From: Halocafeteria seosinensis
Lineage: Eukaryota
Length of the DNA: 33,860 nt
Direction: 5' to 3'
Assembly: GCA_001687465.1 (NCBI GenBank)
Contig: LVLI01000912.1
Location: 1-33,860 of the forward strand
Below the pieces are notes generated by a model. It had not been told where the DNA came from. It did not search any database and worked only from the letters and a program-made list of their open reading frames with translations. Of this stretch, positions 1-10,500 are shown piece after piece (positions within the stretch are counted from its first letter, which is position 1; every line of letters begins with the position of its first letter). A program made the translations under genes and the position numbers.

Positions 1-39
1 GCGTAGCTCTAGGCGGCCAGTCTAAGCAAGAGGCACCAT

Positions 40-510
40 TACCCACTGGGTTGTTTGACGCGGTCTTAGCCAAGCGGTCGGCAGCCGAGTTCGCAGCCCT
101 GCGTATGAACCTAATCTCTGCGCTTCTCACCATTGGGAGGGAGGTTCTTAAGGTGGAACCATTCAGTCCGTGCCCTCTCGAAGAGCGGGATGAGCTTATC
201 CTTGCGGCACTGGGCTTCGCCATTCATGTGATCCACCATCGTTTGTGAGTCGCATTCCATGCGGAGGCTGGTAACTCACTTGGGGATGCTTCAAGCGCAT
301 CGAAGACCAGTTTCAATCCCAGCAGCAGGCCTTCGTATTCGGCTTCGTTGTTAGTCTTGTGTGGCCCTACGTACTGGCTTGAGAGGCCTGCCTAACTGGA
401 TTTAGTGCCAGCTGGCCCAACCCTGTAGCATACAGCCCCAGCTCCCGCGTTATCACGCGTGCCCTGGGTTGCCCTTGGAAGCGCCATCGGTCTGGCAAAG
501 GAGGCTTTCG
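40..510 (-). pseudogene. Degenerate archaeal-type RNase HI domain, probably a retroelement relic
   Basis: Minus-strand translation across frameshifts gives all four RNase HI motifs in order: CQTDGASKGNPGHA-GAGAV, KTNNEAEYEGLLLGLK, LRMECDSQTMVDHMNG, IRFIRRAANSAADRLAK. It is disrupted by a 10-bp insertion (446-455), an in-frame TAG and further frameshifts. Confidence 0.85.
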
Positions 511-563
511 AAGACATCCGTTTCGTTTATGACTGGTGGAAGGTCAGCTGCACCCATCAGTCC

Positions 564-1038
564 CAGCTCCGAGGGTACAGGTTCCACCACTGAGGATTGT
601 GATTCCGAGGGTGGGTGCGGAATTGGCAAGGCCAGAGCAGCCTGGCCGCCAGTCTGGCTGGGGTTCATTGCGCCACGTTGGCGTTGATGTCCCCCGCAGG
701 ATTGTTGAGGCCCTCTATCTGGGTAGTGAAGTCGTGAAATGATCCGCAAAAGGAGTCCACCATTTTGCACTGGCATTTGACCAGCGTAACCCCGAGAGAG
801 GAGATGAGCTTTTATCAAGCCGCAGAGTTGCACACAATACACTCCGTATCCCATAGCAAGGTTGCTTTGACGGTATAAAATGAGAATTGGGGCCAATACG
901 CTTAGTTGTACACCGATGGCTGTAAGAAGAACCACTGTCAACAGAATTACACGTGGCTCCGCAACGAACTTCGTGAAACAGACGGTACAGCTCCGAGGGT
1001 ACAGGTTCCACCACTGAGGATTGTGATTCCGAGGGTGG
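564..1038 (+). repeat. 51-bp exact direct repeat (564-614 and 988-1038)
   Basis: cagctccgagggtacaggttccaccactgaggattgtgattccgagggtgg occurs at both positions. The second copy is bracketed by cagacggtac (979-988 and 1046-1055). Confidence 0.9.
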
Positions 1039-1643
1039 CTGACGGCAGACGGTACCCAGTGTATAGTTTAGTGTAGCGCATCGACCAATATTACCAACTA
1101 ACTAACCAATCGGAATGTCTTTTGTTGCTCGTGGGTTAACCGTGGATGGTCCGAACTTTTCCAACAGGAAGCAATGAAGCAGCAACAGACTTAGACGTCT
1201 ATAGATGCCCCCATAATTCCAAAAACGAGGGTGCAGTGACCGAAAAAGCCAACTTCAAATACTGTAGAAACACTGCCACACACGCATGCCATGGAATACC
1301 TCGTGTGTTTCTTTGTGTTATTCGACGCGCATATTGGGCCCGAGGAAATGCACAAGATTAGCGACAGTGCCATGGAAGTGCATACTGTACAATTGTATAA
1401 TACTGTACTGTGTTAACTGTACTACAGTGTAGAACATTGCTGCTTCGTTTTGGAGATGGTGGTACTTACTAGTAGCTAGAGACGAAACAACTGGTATTCA
1501 GTGCCTGTACAATGTACAGTATTGTGACTCTCCGTACCGATATTGCCAGTCCGAGCTGTGAAAAAGGAGTCGTGGGAAATTCAGGAGGATCAATTTTCGG
1601 CCGCGTCTTTTACGGAGGTGCTGACAGCAGGGGTGAGACGGAG

Positions 1644-3027
1644 CTACGTGTTGGTGCCACGGAGTGGGTCAACTTCTATGGTTTGCTTAGTCTCCGCTCC
1701 CCGATCATCCAGCTCAGTATTCGCTGTCCTTGACTCCTCGTTGCAAACAGCCTCAACATCAGGATAGGGTTCACCAAGATACGTTTTCAACACAAAATCC
1801 TCCACGTATTTGCTATCAAAGAAATAGCACATGCCGTGGTGGGTAAAGACATTCCCAGAATTGAGAAAATGCTGTAAGATGTTGGAGCGTAGTCCATGGT
1901 GTTGGAGCACCGGCGCCAATTCTTCAGCTTGGAGACAGTCCATCTTGCTTAGAGTACCATTCCTTATAGATTGAGTACGGGCTGCCAAAACCAGCAAAAC
2001 GTCCTCAAAACAAGCGCGCATCTTGTCACCAAACCTGTGTTTTGGATCCTCGAGAACTTCCAGTGATTCGGTGTGGGCTTCGAATGCTTTCTGACGAAGA
2101 ACAGATCTACGTAAATGTAGTAGGCTGTCTTTCGTAACATCACTGTGCAAAAGATCGTTGAGATCGCCGAGTTTGCCTCCGATTACATGCCAAATCCAGC
2201 AAGCCAGTTCGCCTGTGATCCGTCGAGTTTTGAACAGATATTCATTCAATTCGTCCCTTTCAAGGCTCTTAAAAATGACTTTTGCGGCTTTAACATTGTC
2301 TGAGACAGCGTTGATCTTTCCAAACCCTGCCCCCGGGGAGGTGATAAGAAGTGTATTCCACTGTTTCTTCGGCTTCCCCAAGGCGCCCAGTACGACCCAT
2401 AGGCGAACATCGTCAGCGGGAGCCAGGTTGACATCATCAATGATAACGAACGGACGGTGTGAACCACCTATTGTACCGTTCGCAGGGCCGACTGTACATA
2501 GCCTACCATCCCGGTGGAAAACACATCCCCAACCTCGACGTACTCTCTGAAGCAATTGAGAAAACGATCAATCAACTCCCTATCTTTATAAGAAAGATAC
2601 AGAACCGGGCCATCGATGGCCGAAACATTTTGGGCCAAGAGTTGTGCTTCCGTACTCTTCCCAGTATTTTTTGGTCCATACCAAATTTGAAAGGGATAAA
2701 ATTCGAAGGAAGGGAACAAGCCCGAGCGATTAAAGTAATGTTGACCTTTCAAGAACCGCTTTCTCTCCTTCATCGGTCTAGTACCCACTAACACCATGCT
2801 TACTTGCAGTATCACCTTCTTCACTTTTTCACGTCGCCTGCATCGCTTTTCTTTTCTTCCCTTCTAGACTTGAATGCATTCGGCATTGAGCCAATTTTCA
2901 TCCCATTTCGAGCGATCCCCTGCCATACTTCTCGTCCCTGAACTTGGACGAGGTGCGGGAAGAGAAGAGGAACCACAGTACTCATAGGAGTGTCATGTTT
3001 ACTACGACCCGCCTTCATCTTGAGCAA
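1644..3027 (-). pseudogene. Frameshifted P-loop ATPase (archaeal-ATPase/AAA-like)
   Basis: Walker A (IWYGPKNTGKST) is in ORF 2468-2824. Walker B (PFVIIDDV), the LLITS strand and the IWHVIGGKLGDL motif are in ORF 1644-2555 in a different frame. A further break near 2821-2830 joins ORF 2821-3027. I found no phase-restoring intron at about 2470. Confidence 0.65.
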
Positions 3028-3672
3028 ACAGTGCTAAAAACTGAACTTTTCTAATCGGGGGAAGAAAACAAGGAGGGCAGCGCTACAATATTTAGTATAA
3101 CTCCACTGCAGAACGCAATGTCAACACATGAATCAAGAAACAGATTTTTGTTCACTCCCGCCGAAACGAAGCAACCATGCCAACACAAACTTGCGACGTC
3201 ATCATTCGGCAAATTCCGACCGATAATCAGTCCGCTAGTCCAGCCCCGCCCTTGTATAGTCCTTAACTTCTTGCCGTACTTTGACGGGGTTCCGCATCCT
3301 GTGGTGTGGCGAAGCCTCATTATGTGGTGCTTATCCATCGATGATTTTTACCTAGGGAGGATGGGCTCAAAAACGCGTTCGTTTTTTGGCAACGGATCCG
3401 GTCCTTTCGTTTTTGGGAATACAGTGAATGCTGAGCCGAGCCCGCGTAGCACTGGTAGCTTCTTGCACTGCCTTCCAGTACCGTAGTTCCAGAAGTTCCA
3501 GTACCGTACAAGTAGTTGAAGTTGAATACACACATGATCCATGATTGAAGTGTTTTGGATTGATTTCATGTGTATCGAGTCGACAACGCACAGGGTAGGT
3601 GCTCGATTGAACTCCATTCTTCCTTGCCTCCCTGTGTCGTATACTCGCTATTTCTGTGTGTATGTGGCTTTA

Positions 3673-5087
3673 ATGACTTCCCAAGTCGTAGAGGCGCCCG
3701 AGGGCTCTCAGGAGCAACGCGGCGATACCACGAGTATCCACGAAGATGTACTCGACGCGTACCATTTGACAGCTCCCCGGAGACACTGGGAAGAGATCCA
3801 CCCGGGCAATGGAGGCGAAAACAGAGGAAGAAATGGAAGAAACCGGGTTGAAGAAGCTGTCCTGTCATTGCGCTCTGCAGCCCATAGAGGGGATTTGACT
3901 GATTTAGACGATAAAATCGCTCAATTAGAGGTATGCTGTGTATATGTTTGTCGCTCTGGACGAGTGCGCTCATCTGTCTTGTTTTTAGCAGGAATTGGGA
4001 TTACCGGTGGATTTGCGACTGGGGCAGGACGGGAAGTCTGCACTTCATGTAGCATGCGAAAACGGTCAAGCACAGTGTATTCGCCGACTGCTCGAACAAA
4101 ATGCCTCGCCGACAGCTGCATCCCGAGAGACGGTATGTGGAATCTTGATACGACGCACGATGGTCGGACTGATGGAATTGAAATACATGACGGGTTGCAG
4201 ATAACACCTCTTATGTTCGCCGCTGCTTCGGATGATTTAGATTCTGTAGATGCGCTTTTAGAAAGGTTGAATCCAGAAGAAGCCGATTATGAAAACAATG
4301 TAAGTAAAAAACGATGTCAGTCGTTTTTCTGAATGAATGAATTGTTGGCTTGTACAGAGTGGACACACTGCTCTGCGATACGCGGCAATCTACACGTCCT
4401 CCAACGATATTATAAATCATCTCCTGAGACATGGATGTAATCCTGATCGAATCAGTGTTGCAGGAGGACATGGACATACTCCTCTTTATGATGCAGTGCT
4501 ACATGATAACTGCTCTACCGCTGGAGCACTCTTGCATGGAGGAGCTTCTCCTCACTTGTCGTTTGCGTTTCATCCGAGCCCATGCCGTATCGCGCTGTCC
4601 CATGAAGAATCCCATCCAAAGATGCTAGAGCAATTTCTGCCTTTTCTTCCGTGGCAGAGGAGAAGACTAGTCGTCATGTCGAGGCACGTCTATGAAGCAC
4701 GAAGTAATATGAAACCACGGACGAGTTCCGGTACAGAGCTTAGAAAGCCGACCGGTAGGCGTTCTTATGGTTCTGAACGGATTACAGATAGATGCGTTTC
4801 TCTTGGTCCAAAGTAAGTTATCCTTGTAAATGAGCGTCCTCTGTGGATATTCGAACCTGCTGCTCTTCTCTCTTTCTTCTCTCTTTGCTAGCAGGGGAAG
4901 ACGAAGCTTTACTGGAGCGCCAATACCTTCGCCACACTCTTGCCTTGATGTTACAGAATACCAAGCGAAACATAAACTGACTGATAAGGAAATACGTCAA
5001 TTTGGAAGCGGTGTACGCCTGGGAAATGGTCCACCGGGGCTAGGCTACACAGTGCTTCAGCAAAGTGCATCGTCTTCTCCATCGTAG
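3673..5087 (+). CDS. Ankyrin-repeat protein, 5 exons (3673-3930, 3992-4132, 4201-4299, 4358-4812, 4895-5087)
   Basis: Four GT-AG introns with consistent phases join ankyrin motifs: DGKSALHVACENG, ITPLMFAAASD, SGHTALRYAA, GHTPLYDAVLHD. Confidence 0.85.
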
Positions 5088-5337
5088 CATGTACTGAAAT
5101 CACTGATGCAGTGGTTCCAGAATGTACAGTCTCCATAATGTCACCCCCTTTGTATTTTGCTCCTTACCCCTTCTCCCAACCTCGTTGTCGCTCGCCATTC
5201 GTCCAAGATGATTGAATGGCGTTATAGTTTGAGCGACTCGCCAACGTTGACTCATCGCAACACCGGCCGACACGTGGGGGTATTCAATAGTATTCAATTT
5301 GGATTGTTCGATTCTCATCCTCTAATGCAACTCATAG

Positions 5338-7257
5338 ATGGAAGGCATGACACAGCATCGTGGATTCAGGGTGGTGGTGGTGTTCATCTTCGCCTTCGTG
5401 ATGGTGGTGACGGTGGAAGCCTCCACCAGCAGTAGCAGCCACAGGGATCAGTTCCCTATGCGTATACAGTACCCGCGGGAGCCCTACCTGGACGCCAAGC
5501 ACGCATACGACTCTCTCTTAGAACACCGGAGACCGGAAATGGGGTGCTTCTCCCGAGCACTGCAGCATGTATCATCCGAAAGCTGCGAACAGATGAGCGA
5601 CCAGGAGCAGCGGAAGTTGGGGCTCGCGTTGGCGAACTGTCACTTTGAAGCTACAGGAAGGCAGACCTTCCCCTGCGATGCACAGCAGGGAGCTTTTTCG
5701 ACGAAAGAGTGCATTTCGGGAATGTCCGAAACTGCATACATCATCTTTACGCAATTCTTCCAACAAGCGGTCCAGCTCTGCATTTATATCAGAGGTACGT
5801 ACAAGTAGTACCGGCTCCCACACTGGCTTCCCTAGGAGAGGAGGAATTGAACCAGCTTTAATGTTTCCCTGATTTATACCGAAATTGCAGCGGAATCATG
5901 GACTCAGGAAGTACAGAAAACCATTGATGAATTGAGCCAGTCGTCGGCATTCATGAACAGTCTGTTGCTGGACCAGTTGAATGCACAGGAAGCAATTCTG
6001 TACCAAACTAATGTATCTATAGCAAACCAAGAATCATTGATTGAATTGCAAGGTGAAGCCAAACGAACATTATGGGGATCGATTGAATCGATATTAATTC
6101 GCATTGATTCTTTCGATGGAGCCTTCCAGCGACTAGATGATGTTACCGAAAGTTTGAGAAGGATATACAGCAGAATGAGTGGGAACATAGCAGGAATTTA
6201 TTCCTTGGGATATTACGTAGTGGCTAGCCTCGTCGTTTGGATTGTGACTTCTAGCCACTCCACCAAGTCAGCGCGGAGTCCTCTCATGATTCTGTTGGTT
6301 GCTGCTCTCTCCATAGAGGTATCTATTCAGTACGCATGGACGCATCTCTGCTCGAAAACGCCTTACGTTGCGGAAATCCAAACGTTCAGCGCTACGTGGG
6401 TACTGAAAGCAATATGCCAATTAGATAGCACTCCATGGGGTGTCCACAGTGCTAGTACGCTTGCTCCGATCCACTTTGGGCTGAAAATCCAGCCTCCGTC
6501 TGCTCTTTTGTTTACCAAGGTGGCAGATTTTACGCTTAGTCTGGAGTATTGCCAGGAGTCGTTGAGGTGGTCATGCACTTGCGTCTGTATCCTTTGGTGG
6601 ATTGTGACCTCACTCTTATATAAGGATCCTTCCAAGGCGATAGATGACAAACTAGAAACAATTCGTCACGAACAGGAAATCATGAAGCGTGACCAACGTT
6701 ACATTCGCCAATTACTTGAACAGCCGCGAAGGTTTTATAAAACAAGGTACAGCGATGTGCTGCGAGACGAAGCAAAGTGGGAGCCTGCGAAATTTGGCAT
6801 CCCACATTCGCCCGACGACCATCGTTATCAGCCACGATTCGCCGTTGAAGACCCAGAAGACAAAGTGAGATTTCATAACTCCTCTAACTTTGGGTCTCCC
6901 GTGTTTGACAGGAAAGGGCACGTATCGAACTTTGTTGCGAGTGGCAACAGAGCGAGCCCCAACCCTTCCCTTTTCACCAGGAGCTCAAATCCAGACAGGA
7001 AGGACGATAAAACTTCTTCCGCCAAAAAGAAGAGAAGTCGGGACCCGAGGGAGAGCAAGGCCACAATCGAGTGTTCACCATTGCCTGATAACCAATGGAA
7101 CGCCCAAAATGAGGATAAAGGAAGCAAGACGAAACGCCGCCGGCACAACCGCCACGACTCAACAAAGAGCTCAACGTTACAACGTAAGCGTCCGTCTGAG
7201 ACTGCTGTTGTGACAAGGAGACAGAAGCGCCAACGTAGCTCCACGGATGCACGATAA
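5338..7257 (+). CDS. GEX1: GEX1/KAR5/Brambleberry-family nuclear-envelope fusion (karyogamy) protein, 2 exons (5338-5794, 5891-7257)
   Basis: Signal peptide, then the family Cys-rich domain (CFSRALQHVSSESCEQMSDQEQRKLGLALANCHFEATGRQTFPC...ECISGMSETAYIIFTQFFQQAVQLCIYIR|AESWTQEVQKTIDEL). This is followed by a coiled coil, three hydrophobic TM segments and a basic low-complexity tail. Intron 5795-5890 (GT..CAG) keeps the frame. Confidence 0.85.
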
Positions 7258-7578
7258 CGGCACCCTCTGCCGTCTCCGTCCCCGGGATCCTTGCCGCGGT
7301 GACGTGGTACTTTGGCATTGGTGGAATGCATAATGTCTTATACGTCAACGCCCTGTTCGGGTAATACACGCAGAGGCGGCTCTCAGGGGAACGAATCTTA
7401 TATTTCACTATCGAGTGGACCATCACAGAGATGACGGGTTACGGGGAAAAGGACAAGAGGGATTGCAGCATCTACTTCAGCACGGACCACCTGCATTGGG
7501 TTAGGGTTACTGAAAAGTTAGGTGGAGTTCTCCGGCATGTTTACGGTATTTTCTCTGAGTTTTGATACGCGCAATAGA

Positions 7579-10500
7579 TCAAATGGTATAAAATGATTCA
7601 ACAGAGCGTCTAACATCCGGACTCTGGCTAGGACCTTGTGAGAATTGATGCCTTGCCTTAGTCGAATTTTCCTGAGCTCTAGTAGGCGGAGGGCTCCCCA
7701 GTGAGTCTTCCCAAGTTGTCGGAGTAAGCGGGTCCTTACTATACCCTGTTACTTTCGCTGAGGTGAGCGGTTCTTTGTCGCCGCAAAAGCGCGTATCCAG
7801 TCGCCCTCTGGGAGTTGTCTCATATACGAGTTGATGTTCATCTGATCTATCGTCTACAATAGGTGAGCTGGAGACCATACTGCGCAGGTGTAGAATCCGT
7901 TTCCGAAGATTATCTCCTAGATGAAGATTTCCGCCATGCTTGTGATAGTACCCTTGGTTGGTTTTCGAAGGAGGTCCGTCATATGGTGTCTCCATAACCC
8001 TACTAGGATGCTTCGTTAACGAATCGCCAACATTTTGCTGGTTCTCTCGGAACTTGTGTGCAGGCGTTTTGAGCTGCTTATCATCTTCTTCAGACGACAA
8101 ATGAGACTGATCCAGGACATTTCTATTCTCATCTTTCGATTCACCAAAACTTCCGTCCCAATCGCCATCCTTCCTAGACAACTCACCAATCATATTCATT
8201 GCTTCCTCAATATCCCCTTCACTTAGGTCCTCGAGTTCCCTAGTATCGGCAGTACTGGTGCTAGCTGGGCGAATTTCGTCAGTCTCTTCCCTGTCAAACG
8301 GTTGGTACGTCAAGCTCCTACCATTGAGAAGGTTTCCAATTTGGGACAAGGCCTTTCTGGTATGGCCAGGAGGGCGTTCAGTCGCGCCCATGATGTTTAT
8401 AGTGAGGTCATTCTGGGAAAGTTGGTATTCCAATCGACGAAGGGTCTCCGCATCGGAAGATTTGTAGTCGTCGACAACATGTAGCAGCTCATCTAGTTCT
8501 GATAGGAGACTGTACCGCTTTCGACCTTCTAGAGAAGCCAGGCAGTTTCGTGAGTACACCCGATTCAAGTGTTGGGATCGCATGTCCTCGAAAACCATCC
8601 CAATCCGGTTTTGTGTTAATATACCAAATCTTCTCCTATAATTTCTAAATGAGTCAATCGACTCTCGTTGGTATGCAAGTATCTCACGTTTGCATTCGGC
8701 CTCCTTTTCGCGCAGCCTTCGCTGGAACTCACGCTGCATGTCAAGTGCTTGAGCATTCTTATCCTCAGTTAGTCTTCCCAAGTGCTCATTGATATCTCCT
8801 GCATGCCGGTGCTTCAGTTCTGAAACCAAAGAACGTGTATCTTCCCTCATCATGCTCATCCTCTCTTTCCAAATCCTTTCTACAGCTTTCAATGCTCCCC
8901 GATGCTCGTCGTAGTCTATACTATTTGCATATTTCGCGTTGCCTCCGTCCAACACTGCTCTATGGTTATACAACATGCGTTTTAGTTTCTTGTTTTGTGC
9001 AGCCATTTGATGGAAAACTGACTGTTTATGACGGTGAAGCGACTGATCAAGACTTTCCGCGAAACTCTTCACTGAGGTAACAAGACTGGCGACACAGCGG
9101 GCGATGTGCACAAATCTCGATTCCAGATGCTCGTAGTCATCGCGAAGTTCACGATTCTCGTCTTCCAACAGACGCAGGCATTGACTAGTATAATTTACGC
9201 TGGCCGACTGCGATCGAACAGCTCCCATTACTGTGTCCTTGGTTCTTTCGAGCTCCGAGAGTTCGTGGGACCATTGAGCCGTAATTGACGCAGAGATATC
9301 ACGGAACTCTGACGAGAGCCCAACAGAGCGATCCCTAAGTATCTTAGCATTAGTGATGATGCTGATTCTAGGCTGAGCTGCTGCAACTTGAGAATCGTCC
9401 ACAGAAGATAACTCTTGGCTTGTCGAGGAAGCGTTAGTGTGAGTCGGCTTATCGAGGTCAAAAGAAGTTAATGTTTTCAATATTGAGCTCTGCATGAGAT
9501 CGAAGTCCAGCAACGTCCGTTGGAAGCGTTCAGCGATGGCATCTGCCACCTCTTTATGGGACGAAGACAGACGGCAGAACTCAGTCTTCACTCTCCGTGC
9601 TTCCGTTGTTGGTACCAAAGGACTATCCCGGTTAACTGACATCTCATTAAGACGCGAAGCAGCCGAGAGCGACGCGGGTTGAGCAGATTGAAGAGGACGT
9701 CGAGACAACGAACAACGATGGAAGGAAATGAAGTCCACGATACTCTCGACGTCTGTCCTACAAGCATTCCTTATCTCTTCGTACTCGCCTCGAAGATAGC
9801 CAACCAGATATTGCACAAGCTTAGCTTCCCGGCGGACAGCAAAGCGGTCTGAGACATGGCAAACTTGCTCCCGAATACAAACATCGACGGCAGGATTAGT
9901 CTTCCTTAAATTGCCAGGTCGTGGTAGAGAACGCTTTAACGAGTCTGTGTACGACCTGAGACGATCAATGTCAAGCGATGCCTCCTCAAAGCAGACAGCA
10001 AGCGGTTGTGTTATAGAACGAGCAATGTCGGCAATTTGTGTGACATCCCGGTGGGTGATCTTAAGTGAGCTCCGGGGGAGGTGACACTGTCGAAAATGAC
10101 ACAATGACGTTTGTAAGCGGGCTTTGCAGCACTCTATATTACCGAGACGTTCCATCAGATTTTCCATTTTTCGCTCAATGGATATGAAAGTGTCATGGAG
10201 TTCGGTTTGAGCCTGCAAAATCAGTCCATATACATCCGTTGCAATTTTTTTCATCGCTTGTGAAAGTCTGCAATGCCGAGACTGCGTCCGTTGGCTCTCG
10301 TTGTGCATTCGTTGAATCCAAGGGAGCATTTTGTTCACAGCATTTCTCACAGCAGCCCGGCGTTTCGATTTTAGTTTCTTATGCTCTACGTATTGAAGCC
10401 GTTGTTGCAAAGCTCTCAGGCGAGATCTGTATGATTGGTAAAGCAGCCTTGCTCTCAAGGCACCCCGCCGAGCAGTACAATCCAACTGAAACCGTGCGGC

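Noticed and set aside
564..1038. 51-bp direct repeats as LTRs or a CRISPR-like array
   Set aside because: Only two copies, no TG...CA ends, no PBS/PPT and no spacer periodicity. Better explained as a templated insertion.
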